Part shown: positions 36,723 through 46,323 of the stretch, piece by piece
Numbering within the stretch: position 1 is the stretch's first letter
Layout of the letters: each line of letters starts with the position of its first letter
Source of the DNA: Escherichia phage vB_EcoM_CRJP21
Direction: 5' to 3' (one strand)
Sequence record: OQ708376.1
Length of the DNA: 64,000 nucleotides
Program-made: the position numbers and the translations under genes
Notes under the pieces: generated by a model
What the model was told of the DNA's origin: nothing
What the model saw: the letters and a program-made list of their open reading frames with translations, nothing else
Database searches by the model: none

Positions 36723-39452
36723 ATGTCATCAAAACGAATTATAGGAAGTGCCGAGATCCTTGGGAACTTGGCAATTGGACAAAGGTACGCTATGCGTACT
36801 TTTAATGGAACCTCACCGAATGCCAATACTGGAATTGTTCAATATCCAATATATAAGCGTTCAGAAGTTCAAAGTATTTTAGATATGTTGCCTATATCAC
36901 GTGTAGGAGAAATGGATTACTTGCCATTAAACGTAAGTGGGTCGTATGAAGGTGCTACACCTATGTCAAGTGACCAAGTAGTTCAGCCAACAATTATTGA
37001 AGATGATGGAACCGCCGTTGTTCTGCGTAGCGGAACCAATGGTAGTACTAAAGGTTTTTATTATTCATTTATACGAGAACTCCGAAATATAACTATGATT
37101 TCACAAGAAAGTGTTATTTCCACCAATTCAATGTATAAACCTTCAATTATGAGTAGTACTGAAAATATTAAGTATTTTATTGGCTCTAATGGTTATGAGA
37201 TGCTTGGATGTTTAAGTACAGAAGATAATTATATTTTCACTTTAACAAATGGTACATTCAACGAAATTTCACATATTCACGCTAAAGTTCCAAGTACATC
37301 ATTTGGAAATGATATGCCATTATACGTTCATATTGTAGGTTCTAAAGTATATATTTGGTGTAAAGATAAAAGTGTTTCTAATTTAGGATTAGCACTTTCA
37401 ATTTATACAGTAGAGCTAAGTGATGTGAAAGCAAGCTCAATGGCATCATTAACAAAAGTTACTGGATTATCAGGGCAAACTGTTCGAAATACAAGTTATT
37501 CTGCATCTAATAACATAAGAGTGTTTGATAGATTATATAGTGTTGGTACTAGCTCGGATTCATTATTCGAAGTTACATCACCAGTCTCACGTGTAGAATT
37601 TTCGGATTATACAGACTTTAATATACAAGCAAACGTTAGTACTGATTTATCCAAAATACGTGTAACTTTATACCCAACACATAGAATGGTTACACCTTTA
37701 TATATTTCAACAGTGTATGGTACTGGTATCAGTTTTGTTTATAATATAAACTCAAAATCTATGTCACTAGATGGTTCTGCTCGTGCTCCTGCGACAGTTT
37801 CATATAATAATGGCTTCCAAGTTACAAACCCATTTGAAATAGATATGGTAAACTTTACTGGAACAACAGCTACCGGAGTTTTAGGTAATGCTGGTGGGTT
37901 ATGTCAAACAAAAGATGGTCTTGTATTTGCATCTAAATTCAGATGGAGTTCTACTGAATTTTATGGTTTACAAAGATATAAAGTTAATGGTACACCATTT
38001 GATTCATGGGTAGCCAGTACTAGATCCGCAAGTAACGTTATAAATACAAACGTTTTACCAGTTTTTGGTAGTGCTGTTGGTGCAAACCTATTAGGTGTAC
38101 GTTTCATCGATAATAGAAAAATATTATTAGCATGTTCTGGTACGTATGATGATGTAACATATAATTATAATAATACTGTTTTTTCTGAAATAGGCCCACA
38201 ACCAACATATCAATATAACTCAGTTCAACATAATACTACATTAAATGGTTTTGCACCACAATCTAATCGTAAACAAATAGGTGATGATTTTACATACACT
38301 GCTATGATTTCTCTTGTTGATACCGATGGTAGTGTTAGATGTTATGGAACATCATTCATTGAAGGTGTATATAAAACAAGTGGTGGATTATTAAACCCAG
38401 ATACTTTAGAATTTGATGAAACATATACAATAGAACCAACGGTATTAGAATCATTAAAACAAGATATTTTTGCTAATCTAGGAAACTCTGGCATTGTTGG
38501 TACACTATCTGGACAAATTGTATTATATTATGTACCTGATAATACTTTTTCTAAATCCATTGCAGTAGTTTCAGCATATAATCTTAACAATAACCAAGGT
38601 TATGCAATTTATGCCGAAGTTGATGTTGTATTATCTGGATCTAACATAACTTCAGCTACATTGGTAAGTACTAGATATGAGACACTTAGTTCTGTTACAG
38701 GAATTATTACTGAAGCATATATGAAACGTTGTACTGGTCTAACAGTTGCTAAATATTCAGGATTTGGTTATATTGGTGTTGATGCAGTTCATCAATTTTC
38801 ACAACCAGGTAATGCACAATTTAAGATGATGATAGCTAAAACAGTAAATGGTGTCATAACATCAAATCGTTTTTTATCATCTAGTTACATCCAACTCGGT
38901 GCAGCATATCAACATGGTGTTATTCCTGGTGTTGGTTTTGGATATTACAATTTTCAAGATTCTGACTATCAAACCAAATCTGTATTCAGCGTTTTTGGTA
39001 CAACATCTGCTGAAATGGATGGTTTAATTAGCGGAAATGGTAGCGTTAAAGAAAAGATTGTGGTAGTATCACAAGACGTTGCACAAGGATTCTCAGTGTA
39101 CTTTACACGTGAAGTTCCGGTATTTTTAGGTGGAATTTTCGACAGACTACCTATACAAAGTGTAGATTTAAGTACTGTAAAAAATAATCCAGCTAATACT
39201 ACGTTCTATTTGTATATACAAATGAACAGGAATACTAAGAAAGCTTCATATGTTATTAGTACTGAAACTATTGATGAATCTTTAACTAGCACTTACATTG
39301 GTAAGATAGTTACTGGAACTTCAGGAATTACTTCGATTGATACTGAAAAAGTGACTCGTTTTTTGACATATCGCCCAAGTACAACGAAACGTGGTTCAGC
39401 GATACCTGCCAGTACTGGTGTACCGTCTGGGTCAGGCACACGTTGGAAATAA
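36723..39452 (+). CDS. large structural-like protein, paralog B
   Basis: ATG 36723 after AAGGAAAAG; ~909 aa. Confidence 0.5.
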   Translation: MSSKRIIGSAEILGNLAIGQRYAMRTFNGTSPNANTGIVQYPIYKRSEVQSILDMLPISRVGEMDYLPLNVSGSYEGATPMSSDQVVQPTIIEDDGTAVVLRSGTNGSTKGFYYSFIRELRNITMISQESVISTNSMYKPSIMSSTENIKYFIGSNGYEMLGCLSTEDNYIFTLTNGTFNEISHIHAKVPSTSFGNDMPLYVHIVGSKVYIWCKDKSVSNLGLALSIYTVELSDVKASSMASLTKVTGLSGQTVRNTSYSASNNIRVFDRLYSVGTSSDSLFEVTSPVSRVEFSDYTDFNIQANVSTDLSKIRVTLYPTHRMVTPLYISTVYGTGISFVYNINSKSMSLDGSARAPATVSYNNGFQVTNPFEIDMVNFTGTTATGVLGNAGGLCQTKDGLVFASKFRWSSTEFYGLQRYKVNGTPFDSWVASTRSASNVINTNVLPVFGSAVGANLLGVRFIDNRKILLACSGTYDDVTYNYNNTVFSEIGPQPTYQYNSVQHNTTLNGFAPQSNRKQIGDDFTYTAMISLVDTDGSVRCYGTSFIEGVYKTSGGLLNPDTLEFDETYTIEPTVLESLKQDIFANLGNSGIVGTLSGQIVLYYVPDNTFSKSIAVVSAYNLNNNQGYAIYAEVDVVLSGSNITSATLVSTRYETLSSVTGIITEAYMKRCTGLTVAKYSGFGYIGVDAVHQFSQPGNAQFKMMIAKTVNGVITSNRFLSSSYIQLGAAYQHGVIPGVGFGYYNFQDSDYQTKSVFSVFGTTSAEMDGLISGNGSVKEKIVVVSQDVAQGFSVYFTREVPVFLGGIFDRLPIQSVDLSTVKNNPANTTFYLYIQMNRNTKKASYVISTETIDESLTSTYIGKIVTGTSGITSIDTEKVTRFLTYRPSTTKRGSAIPASTGVPSGSGTRWK

Positions 39453-39457
39453 TTTTA

Positions 39458-39486
39458 AAGCTCGTCTATTGACGGGCTTTTCTTTT
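39458..39486 (+). terminator. intrinsic terminator
   Basis: AGCTCGTC / GACGGGCT stem then TTTTCTTTT. Confidence 0.55.
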
Positions 39487-39497
39487 ATGTGTATAAT
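39469..39497 (+). promoter_or_regulatory. sigma70 promoter TTGACG-17-TGTGTATAAT
   Basis: overlaps the terminator stem. Confidence 0.45.
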
Positions 39498-39519
39498 TGA
39501 ATAAAAATAGGAGGAAATT

Positions 39520-40086
39520 ATGGTTAAATCTTTGCTACCACCACCAAAACGTCATAAAATCAAAGAAATGAAAGAACAACGTACATTAAAGATGTACAAC
39601 AATTTAGTTCAGTTACTGTGTAAAAGTCCATCGCTCAAAGCAGAGTTTAAAACTGATGATGACCGCAAAGCACTAATTGAGATGAAGTATATGCTCAGTA
39701 AAATGTCCTTTTACAAATTTGTAAAAGAATACACAACTGACCCATTTAGTCCTCGTTGGAGATCCAAACCAAGAGAGTATTTTTACGGTGGTTCATATAC
39801 GGATCGCATTCAAGACACAGTGATGGGAGTTGAATTTGAAATCGATTATGAGCCGAATGGTGTGGAAAGCTGGCCGATTGAGAAACGTTTACCAAGTGAA
39901 GAAGAAATTTATGTTTATGCAAGAAAACTTTCAAATTTCAGTTCAAGAATTACTCTAGGCAATTTAGATTCATTTATTATTTTCTATACACGTGTTGGTG
40001 TAGATAAAATGGTAACTAAACTCAATGAACTTTCATTACAACAAAAACAGATTAATGCATACAAAGACATTACTGATTTATACTAA
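39520..40086 (+). CDS. hypothetical protein, tandem paralog 1 of 3
   Basis: 188 aa; shares a conserved segment with the next two genes. Confidence 0.5.
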   Translation: MVKSLLPPPKRHKIKEMKEQRTLKMYNNLVQLLCKSPSLKAEFKTDDDRKALIEMKYMLSKMSFYKFVKEYTTDPFSPRWRSKPREYFYGGSYTDRIQDTVMGVEFEIDYEPNGVESWPIEKRLPSEEEIYVYARKLSNFSSRITLGNLDSFIIFYTRVGVDKMVTKLNELSLQQKQINAYKDITDLY

Positions 40087-40098
40087 TGAGGAATGGAT

Positions 40099-40614
40099 AT
40101 GTTTTTTGGATCAGTTGGAAAACAAAACAGTACTTTAATTTGGCATGAAATTATCTTTAAAATTATATCTAAAAGCTACTCACTAAAGGATATTATTACC
40201 ACAGATAATGATAGACGTATCCTGTTAGATGCAAAATATAAATTGAGCAAACACCCTTTACTTTCTTTAATCATTGATTACGTTTGTGATTATGAATCTA
40301 GTCGTTGGAAGTGGGAAGACGGCGGTTTATTTCGTGGAAAAACATTCTACGGTGCGGAACGATATGTTTTCAGTGATACATCAAATGGCGTTAAGTTTGT
40401 TATTAGAAACTTTAACTCCAAAGAAAATGATTATCTTGAAAGTGGAGTGAAAGTATATATCGATAATAATAGCAATGTACTAACATATGACGAATCACTA
40501 ATTATGTTACAAATAATGCGTGGTGTTGAAGGTGTAAGAAACAACCTTACTAAATTGAAAATCCAGCAAAATGATATACATAATAGACAGAAAATTAAGG
40601 GTTTATATAAATGA
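40099..40614 (+). CDS. hypothetical protein, tandem paralog 2 of 3
   Basis: ATG 40099 after GAGGA (alternative ATG 40093). Confidence 0.5.
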   Translation: MFFGSVGKQNSTLIWHEIIFKIISKSYSLKDIITTDNDRRILLDAKYKLSKHPLLSLIIDYVCDYESSRWKWEDGGLFRGKTFYGAERYVFSDTSNGVKFVIRNFNSKENDYLESGVKVYIDNNSNVLTYDESLIMLQIMRGVEGVRNNLTKLKIQQNDIHNRQKIKGLYK

Positions 40615-41120
40615 TTTCATTTTTCAAAAAGAAACAAAAAGTTGATGAAACCGGATTAGAATCGTTTCTATGGACTCTTATCATCAAAAAAAGTCCATTG
40701 ATAAAAGAATATGCTATCAATGATGCTAATAGAAAAACTATCATTGAATACAAATATGAATTATCTAAATGTGATCCAATTGTTTATCACTTTGCGAAGT
40801 ACTGTTCAAAAAATTTATCGGATATCACAATCTACCACGAGTCAGTCCCAATGAGTTTTCCTTATGGTGATTGGGTAGATACTTTTGATATTTTTGATGG
40901 GTCAAATGGTTTCAGTTTCTTTTACTCGTCAAATAAAGCAAGTGTTCGTATTAAAACAGACATAGGTTGGACAAAGCATAGCTCAAATAAAGAAGATTAT
41001 AATTTATTAGCTGACGTATACCGAAGTGTGAAGAATTCAAAGGATATTGATGAAAGAATTAAAAAGCAAAATCGTATATCTTTATCACTTGAAACATACA
41101 AGTCAAAGTATGGTGGTTAA
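40611..41120 (+). CDS. hypothetical protein, tandem paralog 3 of 3
   Basis: 169 aa. Confidence 0.5.
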   Translation: MISFFKKKQKVDETGLESFLWTLIIKKSPLIKEYAINDANRKTIIEYKYELSKCDPIVYHFAKYCSKNLSDITIYHESVPMSFPYGDWVDTFDIFDGSNGFSFFYSSNKASVRIKTDIGWTKHSSNKEDYNLLADVYRSVKNSKDIDERIKKQNRISLSLETYKSKYGG

Positions 41121-41122
41121 CT

Positions 41123-41524
41123 ATGACTACAGTTGATGATATCTATAGCACTATACGCAATATGAGTACAGATAGAAAAGTATTTGGCGATAAAGAAAAA
41201 TCTAAGTGTTATGGTATTGATTCTTTTGATATAATTTCTTATGAGTACAATACAAGTGGAAATAGTTCACTGAATATCGTCTGTCCTCGTGATCCAGAAA
41301 ATAATTTTATGTATGTTGAAATTAATAATGATGGAATGTTTTTTACAAAAGTTTTAAAAGGTGGAATTAATTACGAACCTATTGAATGTATGAATGAAGA
41401 AACTTTCTTTCAAGAAGATACAATTATCAATTTAGGTTTTAGTTTTGATGATTATAAAACATTAGAACATGACTTTAATCGTTATTATAATGGTTTCTTA
41501 AAGGAGTTAACAATTTATCTATGA
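41123..41524 (+). CDS. hypothetical protein
   Basis: 133-aa ORF. Confidence 0.5.
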   Translation: MTTVDDIYSTIRNMSTDRKVFGDKEKSKCYGIDSFDIISYEYNTSGNSSLNIVCPRDPENNFMYVEINNDGMFFTKVLKGGINYEPIECMNEETFFQEDTIINLGFSFDDYKTLEHDFNRYYNGFLKELTIYL

Positions 41525-42753
41525 ATAACCAATATATTGAACAAACAATAGTGAAACACTTGGCTGGGTCACAAGCCTACGGAACCAGTACACCTGAAAG
41601 TGATACTGATTATCGTGGTATTTTTCTTGCTAATAAAGAATTTATTCTTACACCCTTCTATAAGGTCAAAGAGGTAGCTGATAAAAGCGAAGAAGATACT
41701 AAATTCTATGAGTTGAATCAGTATTTAAAATTATACACTGAAGCTAACCCTAATATTCTTGAATCACTTTGGGTTGAACCTGAACACATTGTTGAAAGTA
41801 CTGAAATTTATGACTATCTTCGTTCATTTAACCAAAAACTTCTTAGTTCCAAGATTGCATTTTCATACACTGGATATGCATATAATCAGATTAAGCGTAT
41901 GACAAATCATCACGGTTGGATGGATAAAGAGCGTATTGCTGAAAAACGATTAAATGAGATTTTAGAAGAACACCCAGTCGATGAGGTTCTTGCGTGGATG
42001 TATGATTCATTTCCACAATATCTTGTTGAACGTTTAGATACATCGAACTTACATCCATTTAATGCTAAAAAGATTGATTTTGAAAAATATATGCGTGATA
42101 CGTCATTGCAGTTAGTTTCGAAAAATCCATTAAAGCAATATCATTTTGTAAGATTAGTGCATAACTACACTACTGATAAAATTCTAGATCGTGATTTCAA
42201 TTTATTGAATTTTAATAATGGCTATGAACTAATTCATTACGGAGAAAACATTTTTGCGATTATTAAAAATCCGAATGAAAGTACTATCAATGGTGATGGT
42301 TCATTGCGTTATTTTTCTAAAGAGCGTAGTACTGAAGAGTTGAAAACCAAACCAGAACTGATTGTCAAATTTAACGAAAAAGAATATCAGGAAAATAGTG
42401 AGAATAGGAAAAGTTATCATAAATGGAAAGAAAATCGTAATGCCAAACGTGCTATTTTAGAATCACAGCACGGATACGATTGTAAACATGCTATGCACAC
42501 AATCCGACTTTTGAATAGTGCAGAAGAAGCATTACAAAGTGGTATTATTCAAGTTAAACGTCCTGATGCACAAATGCTGATGGATATTCGCAATGGTAAG
42601 TGGAAATATGAAGAAGTATTAGAATACTTTGATGATAAAGTAAAATATATTCGTGATGTTCTATATAAGAAATCTGTACTTCCTAAAAAACCAAACATCA
42701 AATTAGCATCAAAAATTATCATTGATATTAGAGAAATGCAATGGTATAAGTAA
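41521..42753 (+). CDS. Pol-beta superfamily nucleotidyltransferase
   Basis: N-terminal GSQAYGTSTPESDTDYRGIF fits GS...SDxD nucleotidyltransferase signature. Confidence 0.55.
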   Translation: MNNQYIEQTIVKHLAGSQAYGTSTPESDTDYRGIFLANKEFILTPFYKVKEVADKSEEDTKFYELNQYLKLYTEANPNILESLWVEPEHIVESTEIYDYLRSFNQKLLSSKIAFSYTGYAYNQIKRMTNHHGWMDKERIAEKRLNEILEEHPVDEVLAWMYDSFPQYLVERLDTSNLHPFNAKKIDFEKYMRDTSLQLVSKNPLKQYHFVRLVHNYTTDKILDRDFNLLNFNNGYELIHYGENIFAIIKNPNESTINGDGSLRYFSKERSTEELKTKPELIVKFNEKEYQENSENRKSYHKWKENRNAKRAILESQHGYDCKHAMHTIRLLNSAEEALQSGIIQVKRPDAQMLMDIRNGKWKYEEVLEYFDDKVKYIRDVLYKKSVLPKKPNIKLASKIIIDIREMQWYK

Positions 42754-42921
42754 CATATACAAGTGTAATGGTACTAAAAATGCCATTACACTCAATAAAT
42801 ACTCAATATAAATTAACACAAGGATTAAGTATGGCACAACAAATTTTCACAGATATCCACACTACCGGAGTTATTAAATTTCAAAATAATTTTTCTGGTG
42901 CTACTGGTGTAGACATTAAAA

Positions 42922-43458
42922 ATGATGGTTTTAACATTGTCAGTACTCGGATCTATTGATGGTGAAGATAGTTCTCTTAGTGATTCTGTGATTGCATCAT
43001 TCGGAACTAATAAAAACAGTTCTTTTATTATATCTGGATGGACTGGAATGACTGATTCTGAAAATAATGTTAAGATAAAAGCTAAAGCTACTAACGAGAA
43101 TCATGAAACAGAATGGGTAACATTATATGATAGTGCAAGTAATAAGTTATATAATGTATTAAGTTCTAATAATATTTTAATTAATCCACTGTCGGGCAAT
43201 GCTGTTTTTAATATTAATTTATCTGATAGAAATACTACTATTTCGATTGGTGCGGCTCCTACTGAAGTTTATTCAATTACCATCCTATTAACACAACAAA
43301 CAGGTTCAAACCTAGTTAATTGGGGTTCTAATGTTAAATGGTCATATAACAGACCAGTTGTTCTTTCTTATGAAATTGGTGAAAAAGATATTATTTCATT
43401 AGAAACATATGATAAAGGAGTTACATGGTACGGTGCATTAATTAGAGCAGGAGTATGA
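42922..43458 (+). CDS. hypothetical beta-rich protein (possibly fused to upstream ORF 42831-42959 via frameshift)
   Basis: no RBS at 42922; upstream ORF with AAGGA RBS ends at 42959 in another frame; A5 run at 42918-42922. Confidence 0.4.
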   Translation: MMVLTLSVLGSIDGEDSSLSDSVIASFGTNKNSSFIISGWTGMTDSENNVKIKAKATNENHETEWVTLYDSASNKLYNVLSSNNILINPLSGNAVFNINLSDRNTTISIGAAPTEVYSITILLTQQTGSNLVNWGSNVKWSYNRPVVLSYEIGEKDIISLETYDKGVTWYGALIRAGV

Positions 43459-43459
43459 T

Positions 43460-46249
43460 ATGTTAAACAATAATATTGATAATATTGTACAACTTCTTTA
43501 TGGGCATCACAAATTTATTGAAAGAAATACTGGTGATACAATAGACCCAACAGTACAACATTATGTGGTGAATAATCAGGGTGTTTTGGCGAACAACCGT
43601 CATTTTATTAACTATTCTGCAATGGAAGGTCAACCAAACGGTGACGGGACAACAGAAGGTCAAAGTCTATTAATTTTGGGATACATTTATGCGTATCTGG
43701 CAACAAATGATCCAATGTTTTTAGATAAAGCCAAATGGTACTGGGATGCATATCATCAGTACTTTTATGCTGGACGTGAATTACCAGACCCACCAACTCC
43801 ACTTCAATGTAACTGGATAGTTAATGCCAAAGAACCGATTTTGGCTAACTGGCCTTTAGCTGATGATGGATGGCCTACACATGGTGGTTTCAAGGGTGTA
43901 GAATTTACATTTACAAATGGACAATGTAAAATACCACATGGTGCACCTTATTATGGTCAGTTCTTGGATAAAGTAACATTCGCATTCAAAGGTGCTTTAG
44001 CATGGAACCAAATAAATGCGTCAGTAAAAGCATTACTACCAGATGGTAGTGTTGATTGGGATACCCCTGGTGATCAATATGATGTTGACTGGATTATTGA
44101 TTTCATGGGTAGAAAAATCGACTGGGATGGTAATATTTTAGCAGAAGGTTTTGACGAATCTGAAAAAGGAACGGTTCAATTAAAAAATACAACAATTAAT
44201 GGTGTATATAAATTAAATTTTGCTAATCGTCAACCAGTAGAATATGGTGGTGTGATAATTCAACGAAATGAAATGCAACACAACCGACCACTTCATGTTC
44301 CAATTGATTTGGAATTTGCGGATAATGCATCAGATGCAGAATTGTGGTTTAGTGATGCTTCTTATTTGTTATATAAAATAACAAAAGAAAGAAAACATTA
44401 TTTGGGTTGGAAATGTTCATTACTCACATGCTATGCTTATGGTGATATCGACTCCAGAGATAAATTTTTCAGACAAAGTACAATTGTAACCACACCATTC
44501 ACTGATGGTATTTCCTATGAATATTTTTATCCAAGTGATGCTATCGCTAAGTTTGGTAGAAATTCTTTAGGATATATTACTATCAGGCAAGACCAAAGTG
44601 CACAAAGTACAATGGAACAACAAGCTATTTGGTTCAGGGTCAATGCTGATTCTAAATTACTTGTAGATTATGGTGGTGTATGTGATGATGGTAAGCCGTT
44701 ATCATTTAAACCAGTACTGGAATTGTCTAAAACAAAAAATGATCATGATGTAGTAAGATATCGTTGTGGATTACCAGAAAGTAAAGACCAAAATATCACA
44801 CATTCATTAACACCTTTAAGTGCATTTGTTAGAGAAAAGAAAGCAGATGGTTCCCCTTATATAATTGCTGATAGTAGAATAGTTGTTCCTTATGGTGCAG
44901 CTACGTCCGAAATGATATATAGTACTGATATATTAGTTACACGCCGAGATACCATTAATCAGTTAGTTTGTGGTGAAGATGATGGTGCTGTTATTGGATT
45001 TTGGCTATTAGCAACAAATAAGTCTGAAGTTAAATCTTTTACATATCGTTCATATGAAGATGATTACAATATAAGAATTGTAGATGATAATGGTTGGAGA
45101 TGGTGGTGGATGATTCCTGCAACACACGGGGAATGGACTACAATCACACTAAGTTCCGATACATTACGTTTATCTGGGTATCAGCCAAATCATCCAAGTT
45201 CTGACCCAAGACCAGATGCACCAGTATATAGTGAGCTAGAAGATATTACTATTTTACCTGATACAACCCCAGTAGATGGTGTTGCTGCAATAATTGATTG
45301 GTATTGTATTAATGACATTCCAGAATTATATACGGATGCTGACGGTGATGACTATACTATGACATTTTCAATAACAATTGCAGGTGAATCACCATATACT
45401 GCACAGTTAGGGGATTGTGTAATCAAAGATTATTTGTTAAACTCATTGCATTACACACCAGGAACAATACCATTTTCTAACATCACTGACCCGTATGCGA
45501 ACCAGTACTCAGGTTGGCGTGGTTTACCGTATCCAGGTTATCAATATCCAGTGATATATTGTTTTAAAGACCAGCCAGTAGATAACACACGCTTAGGAAA
45601 CATGTTAAGCTTTATGAAAGATTCCCAAACATGGTTTACTCAACAATTCGGTACTGTTGGTCCGTGTGCACAAGCATATGTTTGGAACCGCTGGGATAAC
45701 TTAAAATATGGTGAACCAGATACATTTACTATGCTACATTGGGGTGATCAAGCATGGAGTGGGTATGAACCACGTGCGTTCTTTGGGGCTGCCAGAGCAT
45801 GGCAAGAACTCGCAGAGAGAGGAATTGAACCACCAGCAGATCTTGTTGAATTTTGTGAGAATTGGATTCACTTTTTAATTCAATTTCAAAAAGATAATGA
45901 TGGTCGTTCACCAACAATCTTCAATAAAGATGGCACAGTTGAAGGTCCAGATTGGGACTTTACAGGTCATATGTGTGGGTTGTGGTTAGCTGGGGCTTGT
46001 GCTGCTGGATTGGCTGGATGTAAAATAGAAGGTCTAACAACACTCGCTGATAACTTAGTTCTCGAACTTCAAAAGAATTATGTTATTGTAAATCCAGGTT
46101 CCCCAATGAATGGTTCATGGAGTCCAGCAGTTAGAGAAGGTACTGATAATGGTATGTTTTTTGGTTTCTGGGCAGGTGAGATTATGCGTGGATTGGGGTT
46201 ATACTCAATGTACCGTTTAAACACACCAAATCGTTTCCGTGATTTATAA
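43460..46249 (+). CDS. large hypothetical protein (Trp-rich)
   Basis: 929-aa ORF. Confidence 0.55.
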   Translation: MLNNNIDNIVQLLYGHHKFIERNTGDTIDPTVQHYVVNNQGVLANNRHFINYSAMEGQPNGDGTTEGQSLLILGYIYAYLATNDPMFLDKAKWYWDAYHQYFYAGRELPDPPTPLQCNWIVNAKEPILANWPLADDGWPTHGGFKGVEFTFTNGQCKIPHGAPYYGQFLDKVTFAFKGALAWNQINASVKALLPDGSVDWDTPGDQYDVDWIIDFMGRKIDWDGNILAEGFDESEKGTVQLKNTTINGVYKLNFANRQPVEYGGVIIQRNEMQHNRPLHVPIDLEFADNASDAELWFSDASYLLYKITKERKHYLGWKCSLLTCYAYGDIDSRDKFFRQSTIVTTPFTDGISYEYFYPSDAIAKFGRNSLGYITIRQDQSAQSTMEQQAIWFRVNADSKLLVDYGGVCDDGKPLSFKPVLELSKTKNDHDVVRYRCGLPESKDQNITHSLTPLSAFVREKKADGSPYIIADSRIVVPYGAATSEMIYSTDILVTRRDTINQLVCGEDDGAVIGFWLLATNKSEVKSFTYRSYEDDYNIRIVDDNGWRWWWMIPATHGEWTTITLSSDTLRLSGYQPNHPSSDPRPDAPVYSELEDITILPDTTPVDGVAAIIDWYCINDIPELYTDADGDDYTMTFSITIAGESPYTAQLGDCVIKDYLLNSLHYTPGTIPFSNITDPYANQYSGWRGLPYPGYQYPVIYCFKDQPVDNTRLGNMLSFMKDSQTWFTQQFGTVGPCAQAYVWNRWDNLKYGEPDTFTMLHWGDQAWSGYEPRAFFGAARAWQELAERGIEPPADLVEFCENWIHFLIQFQKDNDGRSPTIFNKDGTVEGPDWDFTGHMCGLWLAGACAAGLAGCKIEGLTTLADNLVLELQKNYVIVNPGSPMNGSWSPAVREGTDNGMFFGFWAGEIMRGLGLYSMYRLNTPNRFRDL

Positions 46250-46250
46250 C

Positions 46251-46279
46251 TTGACATAGAAAAAGTAATTATGTATAAT
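46251..46279 (+). promoter_or_regulatory. consensus sigma70 promoter TTGACA-17-TGTATAAT
   Basis: TTGACA 46251-46256, TATAAT 46274-46279 with upstream TG. Confidence 0.6.
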
Positions 46280-46280
46280 T

Positions 46281-46310
46281 AGAGAACTTCATATGGAGTT
46301 CTCTTTTTTT
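46281..46310 (+). terminator. intrinsic terminator
   Basis: AGAGAACTTCAT / ATGGAGTTCTCT stem then TTTTTTT. Confidence 0.6.
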
Positions 46311-46323
46311 ATAAGGTGATAAA

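Noticed and set aside
46281-46310. Hairpin read as a 5' attenuator of the 46324 gene rather than a terminator
   Set aside because: The predicted transcription start of the 46251-46279 promoter falls inside the 5' arm of the stem, so transcripts from it cannot form the full hairpin; more simply the terminator of the upstream 929-aa gene overlapping the promoter.
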